A stretch of 64,000 bases of DNA from Felis catus (Eukaryota): assembly GCF_018350175.1 (NCBI RefSeq), contig NC_058368.1, positions 8,432,001 to 8,496,000 of the forward strand, in the 5' to 3' direction. The stretch's first letter is position 1, and every line of letters starts with the position of its first letter. The notes under the pieces are model-generated. The model had not been told where the DNA came from. It was given only the letters and a program-made list of their open reading frames with translations, and ran no database searches. The position numbers and the translations under genes were made by a program. Below, one piece after another: positions 1-12,330 of the stretch.

Positions 1-639
1 GCGTTTCCATAACCAGTAGCAAAATGGACCATAGCCTCAAGGAATAGCAAATGGAAAGTTGGCACGAACACATGAAAATACTCCCTTTAGTGTATGCGTG
101 TGTTTTCTGCTCTTAAATGGAGTTTGAGCAGGAGAAGGCGTCTATAGTCTGCGTATTGTAGTGGGAGTGGATGAGGTTGGGGGCAGGGGATGCAGGAGGG
201 TAGGGATGATACTCGACCAGGGTCTTGGCTAAATTTGTCCACACCTGCGTTCCGGTGTTTGGTTCAGAGGACTTAGCAAAAACAGTTTCTGTGCAATGTA
301 GCAACTTTGTATTTATTAGACTATAAAGCATCCTAGCGTCCCTGGAACAGCGTCCGTTTTGGCCATGCAGCTTCGCTCCTAGTGATTTATACTCTGTAAC
401 CACCCAATGGCCTAAATTATAGGAGCTCTTAGTGGTTATATTGTAATTCTAGAAGATGGATTGGAGGAGACCTTACTGATACATCTAGACAAGTATATTT
501 CAGACATCAGCGATGAGACTGTATTCATGATTTTTGCTCTCTCTGCTATATCTGAGAACGACTTGACTATTAGTTACTTACTAGCTTTTCTGCAGATTAA
601 ATCCTATGTTTGGCTTAGCTTCATCCTAAGCATAAATAT

Positions 640-865
640 CTCGATTTGATGATGTTGCTGCTTGGACTCTGGCAGCCAGATTGCCCGGGTTCTGATTCTG
701 GTCATAGTGACCCGGAGCAGGATGCAAATCTCTCTGTTTTTCTGTTTCCCAAGGGCAAAATGGAGACAATAATATTATTGGTCTTAAACGGTTTTTAGGA
801 AGAGTCCGTGGGAAAAAAAAAAGAGTGAAAAGCAGTTATAATAGTACCTTGCACGTAAGCGCACG
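640..865 (+). mobile_element. MIR SINE relic
   Basis: Degenerate MIR core (ggactctggcagccaga...ctctgtttttctgtttccc...aaaatggagacaataata). Confidence 0.6.
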
Positions 866-2559
866 CAGCGTATGTCTCTTTATGATGTGTTTTGGTAACA
901 ACCATGAAAATACTTATTTAAAAAATCGCTTTTATGCCAGTTAAGGTTAGATCACATTCTACTAACAGGGGTGGGGGGTGGGGGGTAGGTGTTTTGCTTT
1001 GAGAAGCACTGATCTTGTCATCTGGTCTCCTACATTTTTTGTGCTTGATTCTCTCCCTCGTGACCCTGGACTGAGGCCACAGGGGAAATCCACCCCATCT
1101 TCGCGAGCCACGATTGTTGGAACATCCCGCCTCCACGGGGCCCCCGAGCTTCCTCCCGTCTCTTCCAGTTTGCCCGTTGACATCACAGAAGCCACCTCTG
1201 ACCTCTCTTCTCCATTATAGTCTCTTGCATAATCGAAGGAAGCCGCCCCATCTCTCGGAGTCTTCTCATTTTCATCCCTATAAAGTGTGAGCTTTTCCTC
1301 TGAACCAGCCCCGTGCTATCCCTTTACCTGGAAAGACGCTGTGGGAGAAGAGATTTGTCCTAGGACACATGGCACACATTTTGCTGTTACTAATTAGTGT
1401 TCGTAAATTCTGCAAGCACCTGGAGCCTGGAAGCCTCCAGTGTCTCATCAGATGCCAAAGTTGCAGGTGAGAAGGGGATAGAGCCAATATTTCCATTAAG
1501 AGGCAGACACGGGAGTTTAAAGAGATCTTGGAGAACTGTGCATGCGGTTGCCTCTGTGAAAGGGAACTGAGAGGCAGGTCAACTTTTTATTGTACACTCT
1601 CTTGTCTCTCAAGTTTTATAGAGTACAGCGTGTTACCTATTAAAAAACTCTGCCTGCACGTACAGAAGAGCAGAATCATAGGCTGTTGGCACTGGAAGGT
1701 ATCTTTAAATGTGTATATATGAACTCATATAACATAATATGAGTTTTTGTAAATGCCAAGCTCCTGACTAAGGGAATGAAAAGGTAATCAGGGCAGGAAG
1801 TACAAGTAACAACAAAAGCTCATCTCTGGCAGGTACCCTCCCTCAGCCGTCTGCGTACCCCATTTGGTCTGGTGGATTCTTACTTTTTCTCTAAGATCCA
1901 GGTCAGGTGTTATTTTCCCTGGAAAACCTTTCTTAGCTGCTAACTCTCTCCACCAGGTTGGAGCCAGGGTCTCCCTTCCTCTTCCCTGAACGTCCTGTAC
2001 ACACTTCCAGACTCATGAGTCAGAGCCTGTCATAATCATCTCGTTACCCCTCAAACTCCGTACCCGAAACTCCTTGAGGGAGGGGCTGTCTCATCAGTGT
2101 TTAGAGCCCTCTAGGCGAAGGGAACAGCAAGTTCAAGGGCACTGAGGCCTGGCTGATGTCATCCTTCTAGAACAACTGCCAATCCTAAAGTAATAACATT
2201 TTAATCCAAAGCCTGTCTTTTATAGCAAATCATACCTAAGTTCTACCCCGGGTTCATTCTTTAGTTCGTCTCTTTGAAATTATATTTTGAATCATCTGAT
2301 GTGGATGGATGAGAAATTCACGGGGTGGGGCATTTTTTCCTTCCCCACCCACCTCTTTCCCGCCTTCTCACCTTCCTCTTTTCCTTTTCTCCTTTGTTCT
2401 GTAAGAATCTATTATGTAAAAGACATTATCCAGACATTCGGGGGACCTAACCCAGGAGCTTAGGGTCTTGAGATGAACTTCATGTTCAGGACTGCAATAC
2501 AGAGAGTGCGAAAAGCCACAGGAGAACGCTTGCTGGGTTCTAGGAGGATTCACAGGGTG

Positions 2560-3020
2560 GAGAACTTCCATCTAGAGAAAAGCAGGGACAGCTTCATGGT
2601 GGGGAACCCCTTTATTCCACAGGTGGAATTTAGCTGGGTGCTTACTTGTGCTCGTGGTTGTAAAGTAAGTAGGTGGGGTGGTGGGCATTCCCAGAACAGA
2701 AAACCGCACAAGCAAATGTCTGAAGGCAGGATAGCCTGGAATGTCCTGGGGGACCAACAGCATCCATATGGCCGCAGAGGAGAATGAGTGGCACCCTTGG
2801 AGGGTGAATCAGTGGGTGGCTGTGGAGGTTCTTGAATGCCAGGTGAGGAGTTGGACTTCCTTCTTCAGGCAGTGGGGAGCCACTGCAGATGTTTAGGCAT
2901 CGATGTATCAGAACTATCGTCAGAGTCAAGTATCCAAACTAGACAAAAAAAAAATTAGTTTGGAAAGCTACTCAGTGAGTCAGCCGGGAAGAGGTGTTTT
3001 GTGTTGGGAAAAAGAACGGA
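2560..3020 (-). mobile_element. L2 LINE relic
   Basis: Purine-rich antisense L2-like text (ttcttgaatgccaggtgaggagttggactt...gtggggagccactgcagatgttt). Confidence 0.5.
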
Positions 3021-3823
3021 CAGAGGTAGGAAGGAGCTTCTTCCTGGCCACGTGATGCTTTGATGACATCTTTCAGGTTTCCTTCTGTGCCCAGTTCAGC
3101 GTAGAAAGTGGCATAGGGCAGGTATAGATGGGGGAGCACCAAGACAACAGTAAGAATGGTAATCTGTTCCCAAGACCTGAAGGCAAAGCCTTTGGTTAAC
3201 TAACCTGATCTATGGTTAGAAGAGTCGTGTTGTTCCCAGGTGGGGGCTGAGTCATTATGTACATTTCTATTCGTTTCAGTATACCTGGTGATTTTGCTAT
3301 GGTTTTCATAACAAGCGATTCTGAAACTTTCTGAAATGCAGCACTACAAGTGCCCCACGAAGCACAGGTCCTCCCAAGACACTGGGTGTTGCCGGTTCCC
3401 GGGAGGAGCTCAGAGTTCAGAAGCATCAGAGAGAGACTGCATGAGTATTGAGATACCCTCCAAATGGCTTTGAACACTACAGCTGGCTAAATGAGAAGAC
3501 AGGTTAAACAGGCTTTCCGTATGAATAGAACATGATTGTAATTATTTATAGCCTCAAGTTGAGGCTTAGTTTCTGCCATGTGCAGATTTGCAAATTTTTA
3601 TGACTCAGAGAAATATATTACAGAGCGAGGATCCAGAGAGATGTGATTTTGCCTTTGCTAAAGACTTAGGATTTTGCATGTGCAGCAAGTAAGTCACAGT
3701 TTGTTTTCCAGTGATGGGCCAAAGGCACATAGAGTGAGGTGTTGTTGGGAGCTTTTAGGGCTTTTCAATTGCTTTTTCAGGGCCATTCTTCACTGTGTAA
3801 CTTCTGTCTTCATTACCGTCCTT

Positions 3824-4189
3824 TCCATGGGCTGAATTGTGTCCCCCATTCATATGTTGAAGCCCCAAGCCCCAGTGGGGTGGTATTTGGAGATGGGGGC
3901 TTTGGGAGGTACTTAGGTTTAGAGGAGGTGATGAAGATGGGGCCCTCAGGATGGGATTAGTGCCCTTATTCAAAGGGCACCAGAGACCTTGCTCTTTCTC
4001 TGTGTGCCACATGAGGACATAGTGAGAGGGAGGCTGTCTGCAAGTCAGGATGAGAGTTCTTGCTAGAAACCAAATTAGCTGGCACCTTGGGCTTGGACTT
4101 CCAGCCTCCAGAATTGTGAGAAAACGCATTTCTGGTGTTTAAGCCACCCTGTGTGTGGGTGTTTTGTCATGGCAGCCTGAGCTAATACG
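3824..4189 (+). mobile_element. MaLR solo LTR (MLT1A-like)
   Basis: tgggctgaattgtgtccccc...gtatttggagatgggggctttgggagg...gacttccagcctccagaattgtgag...ggcagcctgagctaatac follows recalled MLT1A layout, ~365 bp. Confidence 0.85.
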
Positions 4190-5388
4190 GTCCCAACATA
4201 AGCAGGATTTGTGAAAAGTACAATGGGGGGTTCTAGACCGTGTGGTTAATACATAGAAATCTACACCATTTCTTTTTGAGGCTGTGTTAATGATGCAATT
4301 TTGGCATATAAATGTCAGCTAGAGACAGGCTGAGGGTGAAAACTGGGGTCTGTTTGTGTGACAAATTCTAGTAAAAGGGAGGGCATACTTTGCTTGAGAA
4401 TTAAAACAAGTCCTTGGAACCTGGGGCACTGTATGCTTTAGGTATGGATTCTCCCAGCCATTTGGGTATTTAGCCAGCTTAACTCACTTAACTAACGTAA
4501 CTAGCTTAATGTTTAAATATACCGTAAGATTGACACATTGGTCGCTTTGTGATTATTACCAGGTTCAGAGGCCAGAGTCCTGTAGCAATAAAAGAAGTAC
4601 CCAAGATAAAACCATTGAAAACAGAGAAGAGCTCAAGAGAAGTTTGAGAGTGTTTCAAAGAGGCACAAATCCAGCTGTCAGTTTTAGCTCTCCTAAAAAT
4701 CCTCTATTCCCAATGTCTGAAGCCCAGCCTTGCATGTACCAAGTTCTGTTTAGCAAAATGGGTGGAGGGGCTGGTGGAGGGAGAAAGCAGCTCGTATCTG
4801 TATGCGGAGGTGGTCCCAGCTGCGTTCTCGTACCTCCCAGATCTGAAATACAGCGGGAGTCCCCAGCAGGTGGTTTCAAGGGTCTCTGACGCCACAGCCC
4901 TCTCGGAAGAGAACACATCATCAGCCTTTCACTGTCCTAGGCTGATTCAGTACCAGGCAGCATTTCATGGGTTTTATTGCACTTTTTTCCCCCCTAATTT
5001 GTACAATAATGAGCTGTGCTTCTGTGGCATTTTAGGATATAGAAATACATATTGAGGAATTCTGTAATCAAAAGAAAATTATCCGTAGGTATCTTCAATT
5101 TGAAGCCACAAAACTCCCCCACAGCAATTCAAGCCGTTAGAGAGTTACATTCATTTTTTTTTTTTTAAGATTAATATTAACAGATAGCATCTACCTACCG
5201 GGAATATTTTAAGCAGTAGGGGAATTTAGGACACAACCTACCCAAAACTTTTCTCCTTAAAAAATTTGCTGTGCTTTCCGTGAAGGCGAGTGTTAAGTTC
5301 TCGAGAAATCGTCAAAACAGCCGAGCTGCTCAGTCTGTAGGCATTTCCGCGGCGGGTCTTACCAAAGCGACGGAGGAGCATCAGACCT

Positions 5389-5586
5389 GTGCAGTCCAGG
5401 ACGCTAGCCACTAGCTCACATGCAAACTTAAATTTCATTCGTTACAGTTAACTACAACACACAACCCAGTTGCTTAAGTTGCACCAGCCACATTTCAAGT
5501 GCTCATTAACTACAGTAGCCGGTGTCTGTGAGACAGCACGGCCGTGGAACATTTCTCATCACTGCAGTTAAGTCCCGACAGTGCTG
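5389..5586 (-). mobile_element. hAT-Charlie MITE (MER3-like)
   Basis: tagccactagctcacatg...agccacatttcaagtgctca...ggaacatttctcatcactgcag matches the reverse of recalled MER3. Confidence 0.7.
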
Positions 5587-6142
5587 TGCAAGACCATTTT
5601 CTCTGCCCTCGCCGAATTTTAATCTATTTGAGATCCAGAACAAAAAAAAAAAAGTGAAAAGGAGATGACAAAAGAAAATGTTATTAACATTTTATCAGCA
5701 GTGTCTCAGTGTGGTGTGTGATTGAGTACTAGAGTAATTTATAGGTGATAAATGACACACGATGTGAGACGGAGGTGATCAGAGAAGAGTGGAGATTTTT
5801 ATTGGATGGTAAAGTAACTGGTTAGATTCTGGTAGGCAGGGATGAAATGGGAGGCATTCTACGAGAATGGATTGAAAGTTTTGTGGGGGAAGGGTTCAAG
5901 GGGTGACACTCTAAGATGTGTTTGAGGCAGGAACAGTTGGATCATTTCTGGGAATTGGGGCAAAATGAAAACGTGGGGTCTCTTGTTATAAAATTATTAA
6001 GAATTTCCAGGCCATGACAGCCGAGCATTAAGCCAAACGTGGGGCCCCGGAATTGGTTGTGGCCTGTGAAGCTGACCCTGGCTTGAGGGATGGTGCGTAT
6101 GCTACTTTGGCTAGGTTCTAATGACATCTGAAGATGAGTATT

Positions 6143-6352
6143 TTTTAATACATTTTTTAAATGTTTATTTATTTTTGAGAGAGAAAGAGAGTGGGGGAGG
6201 GACAGAGAGAGAGGGAGACACGGAATCCAAAGCAAGGCTCCAGGCTCCGAGCTGTCAGCACAGAACCTGATGTGGGCCTTGAACTCACCAGCTGTGAGAT
6301 CATGACCTGAGCCGAGTTGGATGCTTTACCGACTGAGCCACCCAGGCGCCCC
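6143..6352 (-). mobile_element. Carnivore tRNA-SINE (SINEC_Fc type)
   Basis: Antisense head ...gactgagccacccaggcgcccc; TSD agatgagtatt at 6132-6142 and 6355-6365. Confidence 0.95.
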
Positions 6353-6416
6353 AGAGATGAGTATTAAGAGATGTTAGCAGAAGCTCTAGCAAAAGTTAAA
6401 ACTTTTATTTGTTCTT

Positions 6417-6527
6417 GGGGCGCCTGGGTGGCTCAGTCTTGATTTTGGCTCAGGTCATGATCTCACGGTTTCGTGGGTTCGAGCCTTGCATCAGGCTCTG
6501 CACTAGCAGCTTGGAACCTGCTTGGGA

Positions 6528-6578
<51 letters not shown>

Positions 6579-6630
6579 CCTCCCTCTCACACTGTTTCTG
6601 TTTCTCTCAAAATAAATAAACTTAAAAAAT
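6417..6630 (+). mobile_element. Carnivore tRNA-SINE with expanded (CT)n
   Basis: ggggcgcctgggtggctcagtc head with small internal deletion; (CT)n ~6531-6575; aaataaataaa tail. Confidence 0.95.
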
Positions 6631-6849
6631 TTTGTTCTCTGTACTAGCTTTGCCATCCTGTGGTGTGGAATATTCATCACGGGTCGATGTTGGGGGCCAG
6701 AGCCCTGCTCTTCACCCAGTGACTTGTCCTTCCATCCTAAGCACGACACTGAGGATAGTGTTATTTTTCTAGAATTGATGAAAAACATGGCTGTGTGAAG
6801 CAACCCCTTCATCCCTCCTGATTGCAAGTATTCTCTCTTCAACGAAAAT

Positions 6850-8530
6850 GAATGATGGATTTATGTTTTTCACTAAATTTGGGATGTTTTCAGCCATTAT
6901 TTCTTTCTTTCTTAAAATTTTTTAATGTTTATTTATTTTTGAGAGACAGAGAGAGACAGAGCACGAGTAGGGAAGGAGCAGAGAGAGAGACACACACACA
7001 CACAGAATCCGAAGCAGGCTACAGATGCAGGGTTTGAACTCATGAACTGCGAGATCATTGACCTGAGCTGAAGTCGGTGCTTAACCGACTGAGCCACCCA
7101 GGTGCCCCCAGCCATTATTTCTTAAAACACTCTTTTAGCCCACTCTCTTTCTCCTTGCCTTCTGGGACTCCAATGGATATGACTGTTGGACCCTTTCTTC
7201 TTGTCCTCAGGCGCTGTTGATTTTCTTCAGTCTACTTTTTCTGTGTTGAGATTGTGTAGATTTTCTTGTTCTGTCCTCAAGTTCACTGTCTCTTTCCTCT
7301 GTCATCCCACTTTATTATTGATCCCATCCACTGAGTTTTTTATTTCTGTTACTAAATTTTTCAGTGCTGTTTTTTCATTTTTCTAAAGAAAACGTGTAGT
7401 TTCTTGCTGAGGCATTTTCATCATGGCTGCTTTATAATTCTTGACAGATAATTGCAACATATTATTTATCTCCGTGTCAGTGCCAGTTGGTTGTATTTTC
7501 TCAAATCAAGTTGTGATTTTCTTGGCTCTTGGAATGATGAGTGATTTTCAATTGTATTTTGGATGTTTTGGCTCTTTTGTTACGAGTCTCTGAATTCTAT
7601 TTAAATATTTTATTTTGGAAGGCAGTCGCGCTTTTCAGGCTTCGTATACAGAACCTGACCTACTTTTGTGGGCCACGTTCTAACGGTAATTTAATTCTTA
7701 AGCGTGCTTGGTGTATCCAGTGCCATGGGGACTCGCACTGGTCCCTGCTGTGATGCTTGAGGGGGGCGGACGTTGCTTACACAGACCAGGACACTTTGTG
7801 CCTCTCCATAGGGGAAGAGTGTCTCTGGTTCGTGGGGACAATGATGCTTCCTCTGACTGGCTGTTGGTTGTGTTGAGATCCCTTTTACTAGTGCTTCCCA
7901 GGTATGCAGTGTCTCTGGATGAGGGAGGGAGTCTCCAGCCCATGGTAACAAAGCAGCTTTTCATGCCAGATGACTTGTGGTGGCAGGATTCCAGCCTGTG
8001 CGGATGGATGTTGATATTGTTGTGGGGGGATCCCTCTCGCCTCTGCTGCATGGCCCCCTATGCCACTAGGTGGAGAGGGGAATCTTAGGCCCTCAGGGGA
8101 CAAAGATACTTCCTAAGTACTTTCTGCAGTGGAATTAACCTTGTTGGACCTACCTCCCTCTCCCCCGCTCCCTCCCCGCCCCACCATGTTTCTCAGTGGA
8201 AGCTAGTATTCTTGCCTAACGGGGAGGAGAATCCCTCCACTGGCCACTTACTGTCAGCAAGGGTCTCTCAGTCCCCCTTGCTTGGCCCACATGGTGTTGT
8301 CTACAGGACAGCTTTGTGATTCAGGGGAGGAATGGACCTATGTAGATGCCCCTCTGTGGCTCGGTTGAGAATCTGGAAATGCCAGGTCTGTGTTGCCTTC
8401 TGCTTCTGGGTGGGACATCCTAAGGCACCCTGCTGTTCTGTTGTTCCTTCAGTCCTAGGGTCCCTAACCATCCGTTGAACACCTTTCAGCATTCTGCTTT
8501 GGGTCACTCTTGCTTTATTTCCAGGGTTCA
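6850..8530 (-). mobile_element. Old L1M 5'UTR/ORF1 fragment, interrupted by a SINE
   Basis: Antisense ORF1-type text (cttctgggactccaat...cccatccactgagttttttatttctgttact) followed by a GC-richer 5'UTR-like segment. Confidence 0.65.
6906..7108 (-). mobile_element. Carnivore tRNA-SINE
   Basis: TSD cagccattatttctt at 6891-6905 and 7109-7123; internal deletion near 7021. Confidence 0.95.
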
Positions 8531-10054
8531 TTACCAGTAACATGTTATAAAGCAAAACAGCTTGGAAAAGAACATGGAAGGGAAGGAAGATAAAGAAAAG
8601 AAATTAAGTTGATCAAATGGATTTTTTTTCTTTTTTCCTTTTTTTTTTTTTTTTTAAACTCTTGGAAATTATGAAGTCCTTGCAAGGGACTTTATTTAAT
8701 GGGGAGGGGCAAGGAGAAACGAGTCTATGCCATCTTGTCCAGACTCGTATTTTTTGCATAGCTTGCATTTCTTTTCTGTTTTGTTTTCTCCTCCTCCTTT
8801 TTTTTTTTTTTTTTTTGCTTGAAAAGCTTTGAGCGCAACCCTGCAATCAAGCAGTGTCCTCTCATTCTTGGGTACAAATGTATGGAGCCTGGCTGTATCT
8901 GACCACGGTGACAACTCCAGTAGACTGACTTTATTTTGCCGGTGTAGAGTCGTTTCTTTCTAAAAACATAAAAACAAAAGTTTAAGTCCACAAGCTTGGG
9001 CAGTAAAGGAGAGGGAGGTGCTACTGCGTCTGTGCAGCGGGGCTGAGTTGGCACCACCTTTTCCTCTGTGGCACCATAATGTGGTCAGTGCTTGTCCTAG
9101 ATGAAGGGGAGTGTTGTGGCCATCTGGTCTCCCAGTTCCAATCACTTGACTCAGTCAGTGAACTACCTGTAGCCCTCAGTCAGGCGACTATCTTTAGATT
9201 ATCTGGAGGTAATTCTTATACTTGGGGGCACTGAAAAGGAATGGAAAAAGTGGGTAAATCACTTTAAGATTAATGGGAATTAGTACCGGAGCAGATGAGA
9301 GCCCTACCTGATGGCTGTCTTTCCTGTAGAATAGGGCACGTACGTTGCCTTCTGCTTGGAAAGATAAACCAGCATCAACTTTGTCTTGTTAGGCAAGATG
9401 TGTTCCATGAGTAAGATTTATTTCATTGGATACTTTATTGCAAAGGAAAGGATTTCATTTCTGCTCCTTATCTTAGATCCTCTTTCTAATGCTGAGGGGA
9501 CAAGGAGACAAGAGACACGTTGGTTGCCTCTGGGTCATAGCACAAGTTGGTCAAGCAAGGCAGTTTGGGATCAGTTTTGCTTTTTACCCAGAATCAGAAC
9601 GTTGTGCTTAATTACTCTGACACAAGAAGCTGTTGACCATCCCTAATGCAGAAGTCAGTGGGATTGAAGATTCCTTAAGAAAAGAATTGGAAATATATTG
9701 ACCCTGGCTCTACTCATTGAATGATTAAACAGTTACTGAATTCCTGGTGAAGGTCCTGTATTTCCTGTTTTATGTAAGACTAATATTTTCATTGACTAAA
9801 TGAAAACGAGTTTGATACTAAGGTGTGTAAACACATATAATCATTTAAAATATTTTAAGAACTGACGTTTGATTGTCCTTCATGAAGAAATACTAACGGT
9901 AGGCTACTTTCAAGCTACTTAAACATTCATGAAATATTTAGCACTGTTTTGTAAATCCTAACTGCCATCTGGGCAACTTCCTGGGACTCGGTTTTTCTGT
10001 GGTGGGTCTTGCTCTTCCCACACTGAGGGCCTCTCACACCGGTGAGGGAGGCTG

Positions 10055-10270
10055 TAACGTGCCGTTAAGGACCCTGGTCTGATTCCATGGCATGGCATTG
10101 AATCCTATGTCCACCCTTTACAAATTTCAGGCCTTGGGTAAGGTACCTCACTTCTGGTTCCTCAGTTTCCTCATATATAGTGTGTGGAAATAGGTATTTT
10201 GAGCCTTAAATGAAACTATGTATGCAAAGTACTTAGAACAATATCATGCTAATAGCAAACACATACTAGG
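10055..10270 (+). mobile_element. MIR SINE relic
   Basis: ggccttgggtaaggtacctcacttctggttcctcagtttcctcat...aaagtacttagaaca. Confidence 0.7.
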
Positions 10271-10531
10271 CGTTTTTCTTGTGGTGCATGGTTATGGGTA
10301 CTATGAAACCAAAAGAAAGTAGATATGGTTGTGGGAATTAAGATACCAAAGAGAAAGCCGCCTTGGCATTGTTATTCATCACCAGGATCTTGATGCTCTG
10401 GACGAGTACTAAAAATGCTGCGTACTAATATTTAGCTTGATGTCTTGTTGCCCTGCCTCCGTTGATAGCACCTCGCTTTGGTTGCTGTCTTCCCCACATC
10501 TGATACCCTACCTTCCCCCTTCCTTCCCCAG

Positions 10532-10627
10532 GGGTGGGAATTCTCCGATTCTCATTATTCTTCATAACAATGAAGTCGGAGACAAACTATGGAAGACACA
10601 AATCCCAATCTAATCTGTTTCTAAAAG
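10532..10627 (+). other. Candidate 96-nt internal exon, host gene unknown
   Basis: Branch-like ctgat (~10500-10504), polypyrimidine ccctaccttcccccttccttccccAG, donor AAG|gtatgg; one open frame (phase 1-1) VGILRFSLFFITMKSETNYGRHKSQSNLFLK. Confidence 0.3.
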
Positions 10628-11699
10628 GTATGGTTTCAAAATAGTGGGCATTTATGACAGCTAATTTTGTTGTACTTTGTTATTAAGGGAAGATGATGTT
10701 AATGCCAAAAGAGTAATAAAAAATCAATTAAATTCATTTAGGGAAATTAAAGTGCCGACAAGTTCGTAATGGCTTTTCTGGTTGTTAAATGAGATTGACA
10801 TGGATTAACAATTGGCAGTGGACAGAAATCTGCTGAATTTACTGAAGTATATTTCCATTAAAATGACAGCTGTGTCTAAGAGCCATCACCAAGGCATTTC
10901 GTCACGGGGCCCGTGAGTGTGAAGGAGAGAGCTAATCAAATAAGACAAGTCGTACTTAATTTTAATTAGGTAAATTCCCCTTCACGTTTTAATCCCGTAA
11001 ACTCAGTCATGGATGGTGTAGAAGCTAGAGGCCAGGCATCTCATTGTCTCATGCTGGTTTCTTTTTCTAAGCTATATAAAACAAATCCCATAGAATTAAC
11101 TTTTGTATTTGATTATGCATTCTGAATTAACCTCTTTAATGAAAATAGTTTGTCATCTTTTCAGTGTTTGAAATTTTGTTTCAAACACAAATCATCTTTA
11201 CAAACATGTACTGAAAATTTTATAGTAGAATTTGCAATGCAAAATGAAATCTGTTGTAAGGGATTTATATCGGTGAAATTGTTTAGATGCTGACCTAACA
11301 ATAGAGTGTATTCTAGAATAGGATTTCTGTAGCCCATTAAAGCTTTTTTAGTTTTATATGTGCTGTTTGTTGTTCGTTTTTTGGTTGCTGCAGTGTGGGG
11401 ATAAATGGGATTCTGATCTTTGTTAGTTCATTAGATTCTTGTTTTACTAGGATATTGGGGGCTGGGAGGTACCTGATAATCAAGATTTTGTTGAAATTTT
11501 CTTCCAGTTAAATATACAGCATATGTAGCATATGGCTATTTTTTGGTTGATGTCCATAAAAGCGTAACTTACGAATTCTGCAGCAGCCTGTGAGTTTTAA
11601 TGAACATTTTGTATAGATTACTGTCTTTGAATTGCTCTGCTAAACACAAGCAAGATACAAAGATGCATTTTTATTTTTAAAGGCCTTGCTTTTAACTTG

Positions 11700-12330
11700 T
11701 CAATAGTGGAAGAGGCAGACAGAGAAACAATAGTACAAAGCACGAGGAGATTAGTTCCAGACAGAGATAAAATGATTTCGGTGGAAAGAACTGAGAACTG
11801 CTGAAACTTGACGTAGGAGCTTGACCTGAAAGAAGGATTTTGATGCACAGAAAGTAGGTGGCAGGGTCCTTCCAGGCTGAGAGCGCAGTGCGAGGAAAGG
11901 TGTGAGTGAGGGCCCCAGTTCGGGAGCGGTAGAACTTTGGTTTAGTACAGGGCATTCGAGCCGGAGCTTTAGTTAGTAGGAGCTGAGTCTGGAGACCCAG
12001 GCTCGGTCACTCAGACACTTCTCAGCACCTGCTGGGTGCCAGGTGCTGGCTGCATGGGCCGCGGCGACAGTCATGGTGGATGCACCCCTGCTCTCTGGGG
12101 CGCTGAGCTGGGGGAAGTGCAGGGTCTGGCCGGGAGGGAGACGCGAGAATTAGGGGGCTATCGTGTACTTTTGAGGATGAGAGTCATACGATCTGACGAG
12201 GGCCTCGTGAGGAAAGGTCTGGTGAGCTGAGTCGGGGAAGGTAGGACAGAGGAAGAGGCAGCAGACGCAGCGAGGAGGGAACGAGAAGCCTTAAGGTGAG
12301 GAGATTTAGGGAGCAGGCCAGGGGGTGGAG
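11700..12330 (-). mobile_element. L2 LINE relic
   Basis: Antisense L2-like text (gagcttgacctgaaagaagga...ccaggctgagagcgcagtgcgaggaaagg; cacccctgctctctggggcgctgag). Confidence 0.55.

Noticed and set aside
968..990. G-run cluster ggggtggggggtgggggtagg (possible G-quadruplex)
   Set aside because: Common low-complexity feature with no promoter or other context.
4509..4889. 126-aa + strand ORF with a charged stretch (ENREELKRSLR)
   Set aside because: No recognisable homology, weak pyrimidine tract at the only nearby AG, and no convincing donor.
6417..6500. tRNA-like A/B boxes (tggctcagt, ggttcgagcc), here and in other copies
   Set aside because: These are heads of tRNA-derived SINEs followed by CT body and A-tail, not tRNA genes.
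8060..8080. CTCF-like motif ccactaggtggag (similar ccagcaggtggt near 4863)
   Set aside because: Partial matches only, the first lies in an L1 relic, and neither can be supported without ChIP data.
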